Source: an uncultured Parachlamydiaceae bacterium
GTDB lineage: Bacteria > Chlamydiota > Chlamydiia > Chlamydiales > Parachlamydiaceae
DNA: 64,000 bases
Direction of reading: 5' to 3'
Assembly: GCA_963752155.1 (NCBI GenBank)
Contig: CAVVXH010000010.1
Location: forward strand, 448,001 to 512,000
Shown here: one piece after another, positions 9,494 to 19,597 of the stretch
Layout: each line of letters starts with the position of its first letter
Numbering within the stretch: position 1 is the stretch's first letter
Made by a program: the position numbers and the translations under genes
Notes under the pieces: generated by a model
What the model was told of the DNA's origin: nothing
The model's input: only the letters and a program-made list of their open reading frames with translations
The model's database searches: none

Positions 9494-12457
9494 TTAGGCT
9501 CTGCACATACTCTCTATCGTATTAGCAGCATCTGCAAACATTTGCCGAATCTGGTCTCCGACATCTTTAATTTGTTGAGTAGCTCCAGAGGCCATAGCCA
9601 TGAGTTTATCCACCAATGCCTTCATTATTTTTACGAATGCTTGGATCAGTGCTTGAGCTGCATCCATGGCTCCCTTTAGTCGTGTCATCTGAGCATCTAT
9701 AATATTTTTGTATGCGCTTTGGAAGGCTTCGTTGACACCTTGTATTGTCGAAGTGATATTCACAAGTTCATTCATCTGATTTAACATTTTACTTTGCGAT
9801 TCTTCTACTTCCTTCTCTGCGGCTTGCAAGTCTTTTTTTGCTTTTTCTACGTTTTTAGCGACTTCTTCAACTCTGGTTTGAGCATCTTTAACTTCTTTGG
9901 CTAATATCTCGATTGTTTCAGCGTCTTCATTTCCTTTTTCAGCTATTGATAAAGCATTTTTTGCATCCTTTAAGCAATTATTTGCAATGGCTCGGTCTTT
10001 ATTGGCATTTTCGACAGCTTCTTCAGCCCTTCCCACTTTATCTGCGTCTTTGAGTTCACCGATCGTTGTGTCACATTGATCGATAATCTTTTGCAGAAAG
10101 TCTTGTATTTTTCCACTTGTTGTCTTAGAAGCTTGAGCTGTTGTTTGTGGTGCTACATCGCTTCCTGCTCCAGCTTGTGTCGACTGTGCTGCTTGATCTG
10201 CTGCCCTGTTTGTAGCCCTAGCTGCTGCTTCTTCGACGGACTCAGCTCCTTGCCGAGCGGCGGATGCGGAGAATGTGACGCCCATTTGTTCAGCCATTTC
10301 AGAGACCCGAGTGGCAAGATTTGCAGAAGCTCTAACGACTTCCATCACAATTTCAACGATAGTTTTTACTACTTGAACAGCCAGCAATTCGATGGAGGCA
10401 GCAAAGGCTGCACCAAACGTTACAACTGCGATAGCGATTGCAGCAACGATTTGAACAGCCATCGTGACCTTTTCAGCAGCAGACTCACTCATCCCTAAGG
10501 CTTGGCAGAAATCCTTGACGCTTGTCCCATTCCCTAATAAGATATCCACTAAAAGTGCTCCGGGTGCTGCTACTGCGAGAATTGCCATGGCGCTTATTTG
10601 TGCCCAGTGAGAAACGAAATTGCCAAATTTCCCACCAATCGCATTGCCTATTTGTTGCATAGTTTTCATAGTTTCATCGATGATGTTAACGCTTTCAGCT
10701 ATTCCAACGACGCCTCTTTGTCCTGCTTTTACGGCTTCTGTGATTGCTTTTGCTGCCATTCCAACGACAAGCAGTACACCTAATGGACCTAAAAACATGA
10801 TTAAGAGCCAGGCAATAATCATTTGGATAAGTACCCCTAAAGGGCCTAGGGCTGCCATTTTCTTCTCTTGCGCCATGACTTTTTGAAGTTGTATATGTTG
10901 TTGCTTTAATCTGCCGACTTCTGCATCATTTTGAATTTTATTCGTGATTGTAGCCAAATTGGCATCGGTGATCGCAACCTGATAAAGCATTTCACTCATT
11001 TTGACGAGCACTCCGTTAACAGCCTTTAGATAGCTCATCAATTGGCTTTTCAAAGTTGGAGGCAGAGTTGTTGTTCCGTTTGCATCTCCAGTACTCATAG
11101 AAGTGAGCAATTTAGACGCGGATCCAACCCATTCTTGTCTTTGACTGATATATGTGCGTGTAAAATTTAAATTGGGATTAGTATTTGTAGCTGCCTTTGT
11201 TAACATTTCTGTGTCAGGTTTCCAGGTCGAGGAGACTCCATAACTGGCTCCAATTTTGGCTGTAGCAGCAGCTTGAATATTGTCAAAGATAGTTTTAAGT
11301 TCTTCAGGTAGGGCAGCTTCAGCGTCAGGTGAAATGAGAGCCGCTTTTAATTCGGACTTTTGTTCCGCAGTTAGATTTAAACTTGGGTTTGCAAGTTGTT
11401 TATTGAACTCTGCTCCATAGGCCCCATTCAAAATAGCATTATAGGAGGTCCATCTTTTGGAGGGTTAAATCCATCTGGAAATCCAAATGTCTCTTGTGCG
11501 CTTGCTGTTGCTTCTTTAAGAATTTCCGCAAGCATAGGTTCCAATGTTGCGGCATGAGGTGTATTGGTTTCTCCTGTATAAAACATGGTTTTCAGTTCAT
11601 TGACTTGTGCTCGAGGAAGATTATTTTTGACGGCTAATTCAACTATTTTGTTTTCCATGGAGGTGTCAATGTCGTTTCTATTCTTTTCATGAACTCTTCA
11701 GTGTCAGGATTTGCTTGCCAGTTATCGGGAATCCAAATTGTTTCTGAGTTTCAGAAGGGCTTTTGCTTTAGCTCGCTTAAGGACTTCTTGCAGATGGGGA
11801 GGCAATGATGCGGCGGCACTAGGAACAAAATAAGCAAAATAGACTTGTGCTTGCTCTTTATCTGTAAGGTTGTTGAATGACTGCGCCTTGAAAATCTAGA
11901 GCATTTTTGACTGACATGGCGGTGTCTTTTATGGCGCCAAAAGTTGGGCTTGGACCTGTTCCAGCCGCTTGAGCTGCCTTTTGATAAATAGTATCTGCCA
12001 GTGTTTTGATTTCCGGAGGGAAGTTAAAATTTGAATCATTATGCATAACGGCAAAGCGCAAAATTTGTTTACCTTTTTCAGGATCTCCATCCACCAATTT
12101 TTGCCAATTGCTCTTCGCTGACATTATTGAGCTCAGTCTCCATATCATCCGGAAATTTATCATCAGGAGAAGTGGGAAGATTGCCGGATGCCTGCAAAAT
12201 CTGATCAGGAAAACTTTGAAGCATGTATAAGGTATTAAGGGAAGTAGGATCCGCGCCAGGGACTGGCTTGGTAAGTTGAGGTTTACCAGTCGGAGCCGTA
12301 TAGGTTCCGCTTTGTTGCATCAGTACCAACTCCACTAACGCCAATTGAATCCTTTATTGGGGAGGCTGTTTTGAATAATCAGTTTGAACAGAGGTTTGAT
12401 ACAGCTGATTTAGGCCAGTGGTATAGAGAATCGAAGGAATATTGATAAACCACTCAT
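9494..12457 (-). CDS. Large CopB/SctE-like translocator (split into several ORFs by frameshifts)
   Basis: Contiguous fragments 12078-12344, 11858-12163, 11428-11658 and 9494-11431 after an AGGAG-preceded ATG at 12457. PQLTKP chaperone-binding-like motif, long hydrophobic segments, C-terminal coiled coil, directly downstream of sycD. Confidence 0.65.
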
Positions 12458-12468
12458 TTTTCCATCTC

Positions 12469-13011
12469 CTATAATTCTTTGGGCTTAACGATCTCCTGTT
12501 TAAGACTTTCGATTGTCAGTAAAGCTCTATCTTTCAATTGAGCGAATTCCGGCTTAGTACCGGATCTTTTTACTGCCATTTCTAATGCTATGATTGCTGA
12601 GACCCTATCGCCCATTTGAATATAGCAATCGGAAGCATGATAGTGAGGAATCGGATTATTACTGTCGAGGATACCACAGTTACTATAGGCTTCAGCAGCT
12701 GTCTCATAATCTTTCGACATATGAAAACAAGCTGCTAAGCCGAGGGCATATTTTGGTTCAGCACCATTAAGCATGATCAATAATCGGAAGAGCTGGCTCG
12801 CTTCTTTATATTTCCCTGTGTTATAAAGACGGTAAGCTTGAGCATAAATTCCTTCGATCATCTGATCGTCTAAACCTATAGCATCTCTTGGGGTAACCCC
12901 ACGACCGACGACTTTTGAGGCGAGCTTTTGAAGATTTTCTACTTGCTCAGGTTCCATCCCTTGGCTCATCTCTTCGACAGCTTTTCTGACATCTTCTCGT
13001 CCGCCTTTCAT
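12469..13011 (-). CDS. lcrH: SycD/LcrH family T3SS translocator chaperone (Scc2/Scc3-like)
   Basis: EGIYAQAYRLYNTGKYKEASQLFRLLIML...KYALGLAACFHM.KDY..A..AY...D..NPIPHYHASDCY. Confidence 0.92.
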   Translation of the reverse strand: MKGGREDVRKAVEEMSQGMEPEQVENLQKLASKVVGRGVTPRDAIGLDDQMIEGIYAQAYRLYNTGKYKEASQLFRLLIMLNGAEPKYALGLAACFHMSKDYETAAEAYSNCGILDSNNPIPHYHASDCYIQMGDRVSAIIALEMAVKRSGTKPEFAQLKDRALLTIESLKQEIVKPKEL

Positions 13012-13056
13012 GGTCCCCTCCTTGCAATTTAATTTCGATTCCTACGATCTTTAATC

Positions 13057-13074
13057 TTGCAAAATATATGCCAA
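13057..13074 (-). promoter_or_regulatory. Sigma-54 (-24/-12) promoter motif upstream of lcrH
   Basis: Minus strand TTGGCATATATTTTGCAA: GG-N10-GC with TGGCA and TTGCA, ~45 bp upstream of the ATG. Confidence 0.65.
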
Positions 13075-13102
13075 CTTTATAACTTTTGCAAAATAACTAA
13101 TT

Positions 13103-13665
13103 CTAAATCAAGACGAACGTTTGGTATATAGCAGTTACAATAGAGTTCATTTGTTGAAGAAGTGAAGTTGCCATATTAGATTGTTGGTTCACAGCATCTT
13201 GAGTCGAACTAATATTTGTTTGTAATGCTTTCGCATCATCAGCAACAAGGTTATTATTCGAACGCATTTGTTCAGTATAGGCACCATTTGTTGTATTTAA
13301 GTCTTGGCGAACATTTGTGAATGTTGTGGAAGTGGATGAAATAAAAGCATCGCCATTGTTTGAGAACGAAACTATGAACACCATTCATTTGGGTCGTGTA
13401 AGCGTTTTGCCAATTCGTAAAAATGTGAGACGATTAGATTGAGCAACAGCTACGCTTTGCATGCTATTGATCATGCCCACAAGCAGCTTCATCACGCTAT
13501 TTAAAGTTAGAGTCAGCAGGTATTTTCCGGAATTAAGAGATGTATTGTCCACTGCTACTCCATTTGGGGCACCTTTATAGGAAAAGTGGCTTGTCCGATT
13601 TGCCCGAGTTGGTAGGGATTGTTAGGATCTATCTGATCTTCTTCGTTAAGAGAGTTTACACTCAT
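13103..13665 (-). CDS. DUF720 (CT847-849-like) chlamydial T3SS substrate, frameshifted
   Basis: N/Q/T-rich C-terminus (EQMRSNNNLVADDAKALQTNISSTQDAVNQQSNMATSLLQQMNSIV) resembles the CT847-849 family. GGAGG-preceded ATG at 13665. Confidence 0.55.
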
Positions 13666-13712
13666 ATAATCCTCCTTAGCTATCGCTTAATAGGCGCGAT
13701 AGAAACATATTT

Positions 13713-14743
13713 TTAACCTGAAATTTTGTGTGAGAACCCCATAATCGCTTGGTTAAGTGCCGTAATAATAGATGCTGCAGACTGATAATATTGTTCAAAA
13801 ACGAACATATAGTTTCTGATATTAGCATTTTGTGAGCTATTTGCTGATTCTCCGGCGGTTATAGCATCAGTAATTTGTTGTTGTAAGAGTCCTTGTTGTA
13901 CAAGGGAGCTGGCACTGTTAGAAGTATATCCATCCAAAGCCCAGGCTTTAGTGGAGGCATAACTTCCACTTGGCAATTTGCATAGACGATTTTTAGCTTA
14001 GCCAGCAATGTTGTTGGATCCGCTTGTCCATTAGCTAACGTAGGTGTGATATGGGGTGAAGCTCTGCGATAAGTCCGAAATCGATGTTTGGTCTCTGCAA
14101 GTTGTTGCACAAAATAATTAAATGCAGTTTGCATAGAGGTGTCTATCGCAGCTGAAGTGGCGGCTAAGATCGGGAACTGCAGTAGTTGAGCCAGGAACGG
14201 TCACGGACCAAAAAGTACTGACCGGATTGGCATAATAGGCACTTGCAATAATGTTATATCCGCTAACATAAGCTATTTGAACCACTCAAAGCACTTGTGG
14301 TGAGGATTGAACTGTGGGAACAAATGTTTGTGTTTTGAAGTGGTTATAGTTTCGATGTACCTACCTATTGTTCCGAAATTAAATGTTGTAGTGACAGTTC
14401 CTGTTGTAATCGTTTTCGTAATCGCCGGACCGGTTTCAGTGACACTTGTTGAGAAAGTAATTGTTTGATTCGACGCACCAAAATTGAATAAATTTGTAAT
14501 GGAACTTGACGCTCCTACAGAAATTTGGTTATGTAAGCTTTGTATAGTAGTTAAGGCGTTTAAAGCTGATTGCGTAGCAGAAAGTTGGGTTTGGAGTTGA
14601 GAAAGGGCTCCTGCCATCACCTCATTACCAACCCGAACGTATACTAAGTCGACCAATCCACCCAAATTGTGTTGTGTAGTAAGCTCTGATGGAACAGCAA
14701 TAAATGCTGGTCCAACATCGGTTGTTTGAATATCGCTGCTCAT
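13713..14743 (-). CDS. Hypothetical protein, probable T3SS substrate (three frameshifted fragments)
   Basis: Fragments 14273-14743, 13859-14134 and 13713-13976 share T/S/Q-rich composition and read as one gene ending ...RNYMFVFEQYYQSAASIITALNQAIMGFSHKISG. Confidence 0.55.
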
Positions 14744-14836
14744 AATAATATCCTTTTTTTGAGTTAAGAAATTAAACTCAATAGCTCTTATAATTTAATT
14801 ATAGTATAATAACTTTTTTTGTGTAAACATTTTATT

Positions 14837-17626
14837 TTAAACTGGTATATCAATGCTCTCCTTATAATTAGTTGGTTTTCGCCCCATCCCTTGATACATG
14901 ATTCCGGAAGACAGTTGAAATAGACTTGTGCCCGGATCTGAAATGCGTTTATAAAAATCAAAGAAACTTGTTGTTTTTGGGGCTATGAAGTCGGTAAAAT
15001 TAGTGGCTACTTGATTATCAAAATTATTTGCTAAAGTTGTTTTTAATTGAACATATGCTTGATTCAGCCTATTTAATACAGAGGTCGGACGTTGAATGTC
15101 GTCTGCAGCTGCAGCAGTAGGTGTTGTGGATCCAACAAGAGCTAATGCAAGTTGATTTCCTAGATGAGCTCCTGCATTTGGATTAATATTGCCGCTAAAT
15201 TGACTATTAAGCTCCTGAGTCAATTGTGCGGCGAGTTGATCGCGTGTTAAAAATCCACCAATGGTGAGACTTTTTAAAGGATCATTCCCAGTTTGAGTAA
15301 TCGCAGCATTTTGTGCGATTGTTTGGGCAGTAGATTTATTGATTCCGTTGCTTTGAAGTTGCTGAGCCAGAGTTTGACGAAATTGAATTTCTGTTTGCGG
15401 AGCAAGAGCTAGAGTTCCATTGATGGCTGCAGTTAGATTTGTTGTACTAACGCCTGGAGAAGCTAGATGATTTGCAGAATTGATAGAGTTTGTTAATATA
15501 TCTTTATTAATTCGATCGGTAGAAAATGGATTCGTCTGAGAGGCAACGAGCACCTGTGTTGCAAGAAAATTAGCTGTTGTGCTGTCGTTCCCTTGTTGTT
15601 CAAGTTGTGTCGTCAGATTTTTGAGAAACTCTCGGTTGGTTGAATTCTCTTGCGCTAAAGCTTTATTAATCCCATCTTGAAGATTTTGTTTGATGGTATT
15701 GTCGCTATTGAGTGCGGCTTGTTGAATGGCTTGCTGATTAATAGTTGTATCGAGACCTGGAAGTTGTTGTCCGGTGTTTACAAAATTCAAAGCTTGCTGA
15801 GTTAAATTTGTTGCAGTAGTACTATTCAATCCTTGATTGATCAAGTTAGTTTGTAAAGCTTCGCGCAAGTCATCTGCATTATTCAGTGCCGTTTGATTAG
15901 CTAAAGTTGCATTAACGGCATTATTCGCAGTGTTTTCAGCATTTTCTTGTGATAGATTATCTTTAATTAACTGAGCTGCTAGTGTAGACTTTAAATTTAA
16001 TACATTTATTTCATTTTGGAAAAAATCACTGAAGTTATTTGCCGAAGCAGAGATCAACTGTTGTTGTAAATTTACATTGGGTAAGTTTCCTAAAATTTGA
16101 GGAAGAAGACCAGGGAGTCCCTGAGATATAGCCACTTGTGTGACACCAGCTTGCAAGAGCCCAATTGTGACGGCAGCATTTATAGAGGGGAGAGCAGAGT
16201 TGACTTCATCTTGGGTCAGCCCGGAACTAATTAAAGAGGCCGAAAGTTCTTTTTCAAGAACGCCTGAATCCAAAAATTCTTTAATTGCATTTAAATTTGT
16301 AAGACCTAGGGCTGCGGTCGCCGCAGGATTATCGGTAAGTTGGTTTGGGTTGAGGGCTCCTCCAAGTAAAGTTAAGGCAGGTAAGGCAGAGGCAATCGAA
16401 GCTTTTTCTAAGCCAGCTACGCTAAGAAGCAAAGAATTAATGGTGGTTTTAGTAGGAACGACTCTGCCACTATCCAAAGGATAAACTTTTGCCGATTGAG
16501 CTGCCAAGGAATTTGTAATTACAGAGGTAAGATTGGGATTACTTAAACCCAAAACTGTTGTAGTCAGTCCGACACCTGCAATGGTGGATGAATTCGATCC
16601 TTGATTAGTAGAAAAGAAGGCTTTTGGAAAGGGTTCTACGTAAGCATCGTTTGGAAGTAAATTTGTTTTTCCACCTTGAAGTGTGTAGTAATTGAATTGT
16701 CGGTAAGCTTCAACTAATGAAATTTGAGAACTATATTGGGAGAGCGTACTGAGGGTTGCTTGAAAGATGGGAACAAAATATGTTTCCAAAAAACTAGAAG
16801 CATCGGCGGGTGCGGTGGTATCTGGAACTGTGGCTATTGAAGCGGGGACTAGTGTTGAGGGAGGGGGAGGACCTGGAGGCAAGTTTGTTGGAAGCAAGGG
16901 CGCTGAATTAAAAGGTGATACTACGGGAGTTTCGAGGGGAATGAGATTAGTGACTCCTCCTGCGGTAAGTTGATCGTTGATGGTTGTGATTGCTTGATTG
17001 ATTGTGGTGACTTGGTCGTTATAAGCATTAGTGCCAGCAATGTAATTATCGTATTGAGTTTGAATTTGGGTATTAAGGCCTCCAACGTTGCTATTCCATT
17101 GTGTGACGGCAGCGTTATATTGAGCGGTGGTAATCGTTCCGGCAATATATTCTTGCTGTACAGTATTCATATTGCCCGTCGTAACGTTTATTCCATCTAT
17201 AAAAGAATTAAAGGGATCGGCGGTATTGGTATTGTAATCTGCGGATTGAGCGATTTCATTATTAGCGACAACTTCCATGCTAGCTTGTAATGCTCGAATG
17301 GCGGTTGCCCATTCGCCGAGGTTTTGCCACATGGAAGAACTTAAAAGCATTGACTGTGTATCTGCCAGTTGCAGTTGATTGGTTAGCGCAACTGTTGCAC
17401 TCGATATAATTTTGTGCCATTGAAGCAAGTTAACATCTGTTGAAGGGGCGGGCAAGACAGGTGTGGATGCATGGGGCACAACGAGGGATTGGGTAGCATT
17501 GGAGGTGCTTAGGGTATCGGTAGAGAATTGATCGACGGCTCCGGAGGTGTTGGTTGTTGCATCCGTGTTTCCAGTAATGAGCCCAAATAGGGAAGAGATA
17601 ATACCAGATGTAGGAGTAGAAGACAT
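14837..17626 (-). CDS. 929-aa low-complexity (T/N/Q/L/A-rich) hypothetical protein, probable T3SS substrate
   Basis: Intact long ORF with AGGAG RBS, S/T-rich N-terminus, PVLPAP motif, polyproline stretch, internal helical repeats. Confidence 0.75.
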   Translation of the reverse strand: MSSTPTSGIISSLFGLITGNTDATTNTSGAVDQFSTDTLSTSNATQSLVVPHASTPVLPAPSTDVNLLQWHKIISSATVALTNQLQLADTQSMLLSSSMWQNLGEWATAIRALQASMEVVANNEIAQSADYNTNTADPFNSFIDGINVTTGNMNTVQQEYIAGTITTAQYNAAVTQWNSNVGGLNTQIQTQYDNYIAGTNAYNDQVTTINQAITTINDQLTAGGVTNLIPLETPVVSPFNSAPLLPTNLPPGPPPPSTLVPASIATVPDTTAPADASSFLETYFVPIFQATLSTLSQYSSQISLVEAYRQFNYYTLQGGKTNLLPNDAYVEPFPKAFFSTNQGSNSSTIAGVGLTTTVLGLSNPNLTSVITNSLAAQSAKVYPLDSGRVVPTKTTINSLLLSVAGLEKASIASALPALTLLGGALNPNQLTDNPAATAALGLTNLNAIKEFLDSGVLEKELSASLISSGLTQDEVNSALPSINAAVTIGLLQAGVTQVAISQGLPGLLPQILGNLPNVNLQQQLISASANNFSDFFQNEINVLNLKSTLAAQLIKDNLSQENAENTANNAVNATLANQTALNNADDLREALQTNLINQGLNSTTATNLTQQALNFVNTGQQLPGLDTTINQQAIQQAALNSDNTIKQNLQDGINKALAQENSTNREFLKNLTTQLEQQGNDSTTANFLATQVLVASQTNPFSTDRINKDILTNSINSANHLASPGVSTTNLTAAINGTLALAPQTEIQFRQTLAQQLQSNGINKSTAQTIAQNAAITQTGNDPLKSLTIGGFLTRDQLAAQLTQELNSQFSGNINPNAGAHLGNQLALALVGSTTPTAAAADDIQRPTSVLNRLNQAYVQLKTTLANNFDNQVATNFTDFIAPKTTSFFDFYKRISDPGTSLFQLSSGIMYQGMGRKPTNYKESIDIPV

Positions 17627-17840
17627 GAGTAACTCCTTTGTTAAGTTAGTAACCGTTTTAATCAGTCCTAGTTAAGGACTGAATAATAATAACATGCTAG
17701 GTATTCTAAGTTCATTATAGCATAGATCTATTTTATTTTAAAGGGATTGGAAACACAAAGCGAGATGTTGTTACAACAGGTAGTAATTAATCCAAATGGT
17801 GGGGTGCTAATTACGTGCAAAAGAGTTCGTTCATTTCGAT

Positions 17841-17900
17841 CTTTTGGATGTTATAATCAGAGGTGCATACTTAATATTAGAAGTCACATATCTTGGATCC
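17841..17900. repeat. Partial copy of the palindromic element arm
   Basis: ttttggatgttataatcagaggtgcatacttaatattagaagtcacatatcttggatcc is nearly identical to 5263-5315. Confidence 0.85.
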
Positions 17901-17987
17901 GGTTTTCTTTCCCCTTTACAAAAAAAAAGAAATCAAAGGACAATATAAGAGAGTAACAATCAAAAACCCCCCTAAACCTTGAGTCAT

Positions 17988-19571
17988 ATGTCTACATTAC
18001 CCGATTATCATCAACATGAAGAATTTCAAAATCGTCTGCGCAAGAGCAAAGAACTAAGTGATCTTGGCATCAACCCCTATCCTCATGGATATACTCCTTC
18101 ACACAGCGTATCAGAGCTCAATCAATGCTACGGCAACGCATCAATGGGTCATAGCGAAGAAGCTGCTCTAGGGCAAACCCCTGAAGTGAAGGTCGCCGGT
18201 CGTCTCACCCTCTTTCGCTCAATGGGAAAAAACGCCTTTGCACAGCTTAAAGAAGATACAGAAACCATTCAGGTGATGTTTAATCGAGACTTGACTGCGT
18301 TCGAAGGGTACACCTCCACCGGAGAAGATGCTGCCACTCCTTTAAAATTAATCGAGAAAAAAATTGATTTAGGTGATATTCTCGGCGTTGAAGGACATTT
18401 ATTCCGCACTAACAAAGGGGAATTGACGATTTTTGTGAAAAAAGTCGAACTCTTAAGCAAAACCCTTTTACCCCTAGCAGATAAGCATGGGGGTCTTGCA
18501 GATAAGGAAACACGCTATCGAAAGCGATGGCTCGATCTCATTTCCAATGACGATGTTGCAAAAACATTTAAGCTTCGTAGCAAAATGATCAAACTCGTTC
18601 GTGATTTCCTTCACGGCTATGATTTTATGGAAGTCGAAACCCCAGTTTTGCAAAGCATCTATGGGGGAGCCGAAGCAAGGCCATTTGTCACCAAACTTAA
18701 TGCATTAGATCAGGAGATGTTTTTACGTATCTCTCTTGAAATTCCTCTAAAAAAGCTGATCATTGGAGGAATGAATCGTGTTTTTGAGATTGGCCGAGTG
18801 TTCCGCAATGAAGGAATCGACCGCAATCATAATCCTGAATTCACCATGATGGAAGCTTACGCAACCTATTGGGATTATAATGACATGATGCGTTTAACTG
18901 AAAATTTATTCGAACATTGCGCGCTCGCTATTCACGGAACGACAGTTATTTCGGCACTTAATCCGGCAAATAATGAAATCGTCGAAATTGATGTCAAAGC
19001 CCCTTGGAAACGGATGAATATGCAGGAATGTCTTTCGACTTATGCGAATATTCATGTCGAAGATCTTTCAGAACAAGAAATGACTAAAATCTTGCTTGAC
19101 AGCGGACATGTGGACCCTAAAAAGATCCATAATCTTTCTAGAGGATTACTCATTGCTGCATTATTTGAAGTTTTTGCTGAACCACATCTTATTCAACCTC
19201 ATCATGTGATCGACCATCCTCAGGAAACAACAGTCTTGTGCAAGGGGCATCGTGATCCTAAAAAACTTTCTCAAGGATTGATCGAAAGGTTTGAAAGTTT
19301 CATTTTAGGTCAAGAAATGTGTAACGCCTATACAGAATTAAATGACCCAGAACTTCAGCGAAAACTTTTGGAGAAACAGGCTTCACGTCGTGATGCGGGG
19401 GATGAAGAAGCTAGTCCTTTTGACGAAGAATTCATCGAAGCAATGTGTCAAGGGATGCCTCCTACGGGTGGTCTAGGAATAGGTATGGATCGCATGGCCA
19501 TGATTTTGCTAAATGCTCATTCGATTCGAGATGTCTTGTTTTTTCCCTGGATGAAAACAAAAGGGGAATAG
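17988..19571 (+). CDS. lysS: Lysine--tRNA ligase (class II)
   Basis: OB-fold VAGR...MGK..FA, ETRYRKRWLDL, FMEVETPVLQ..YGGAEARPF, FRNEGIDRNHNPEFTMME, GMPPTGGLGIGMDR. Confidence 0.97.
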   Translation: MSTLPDYHQHEEFQNRLRKSKELSDLGINPYPHGYTPSHSVSELNQCYGNASMGHSEEAALGQTPEVKVAGRLTLFRSMGKNAFAQLKEDTETIQVMFNRDLTAFEGYTSTGEDAATPLKLIEKKIDLGDILGVEGHLFRTNKGELTIFVKKVELLSKTLLPLADKHGGLADKETRYRKRWLDLISNDDVAKTFKLRSKMIKLVRDFLHGYDFMEVETPVLQSIYGGAEARPFVTKLNALDQEMFLRISLEIPLKKLIIGGMNRVFEIGRVFRNEGIDRNHNPEFTMMEAYATYWDYNDMMRLTENLFEHCALAIHGTTVISALNPANNEIVEIDVKAPWKRMNMQECLSTYANIHVEDLSEQEMTKILLDSGHVDPKKIHNLSRGLLIAALFEVFAEPHLIQPHHVIDHPQETTVLCKGHRDPKKLSQGLIERFESFILGQEMCNAYTELNDPELQRKLLEKQASRRDAGDEEASPFDEEFIEAMCQGMPPTGGLGIGMDRMAMILLNAHSIRDVLFFPWMKTKGE

Positions 19572-19597
19572 GTGTATTACTTATTGAATGTGGTTTT

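Noticed and set aside
19445..19597. N-terminal extension of PknD overlapping lysS
   Set aside because: A 127-bp overlap is unlikely; an in-frame GTG at 19598 is a more plausible start
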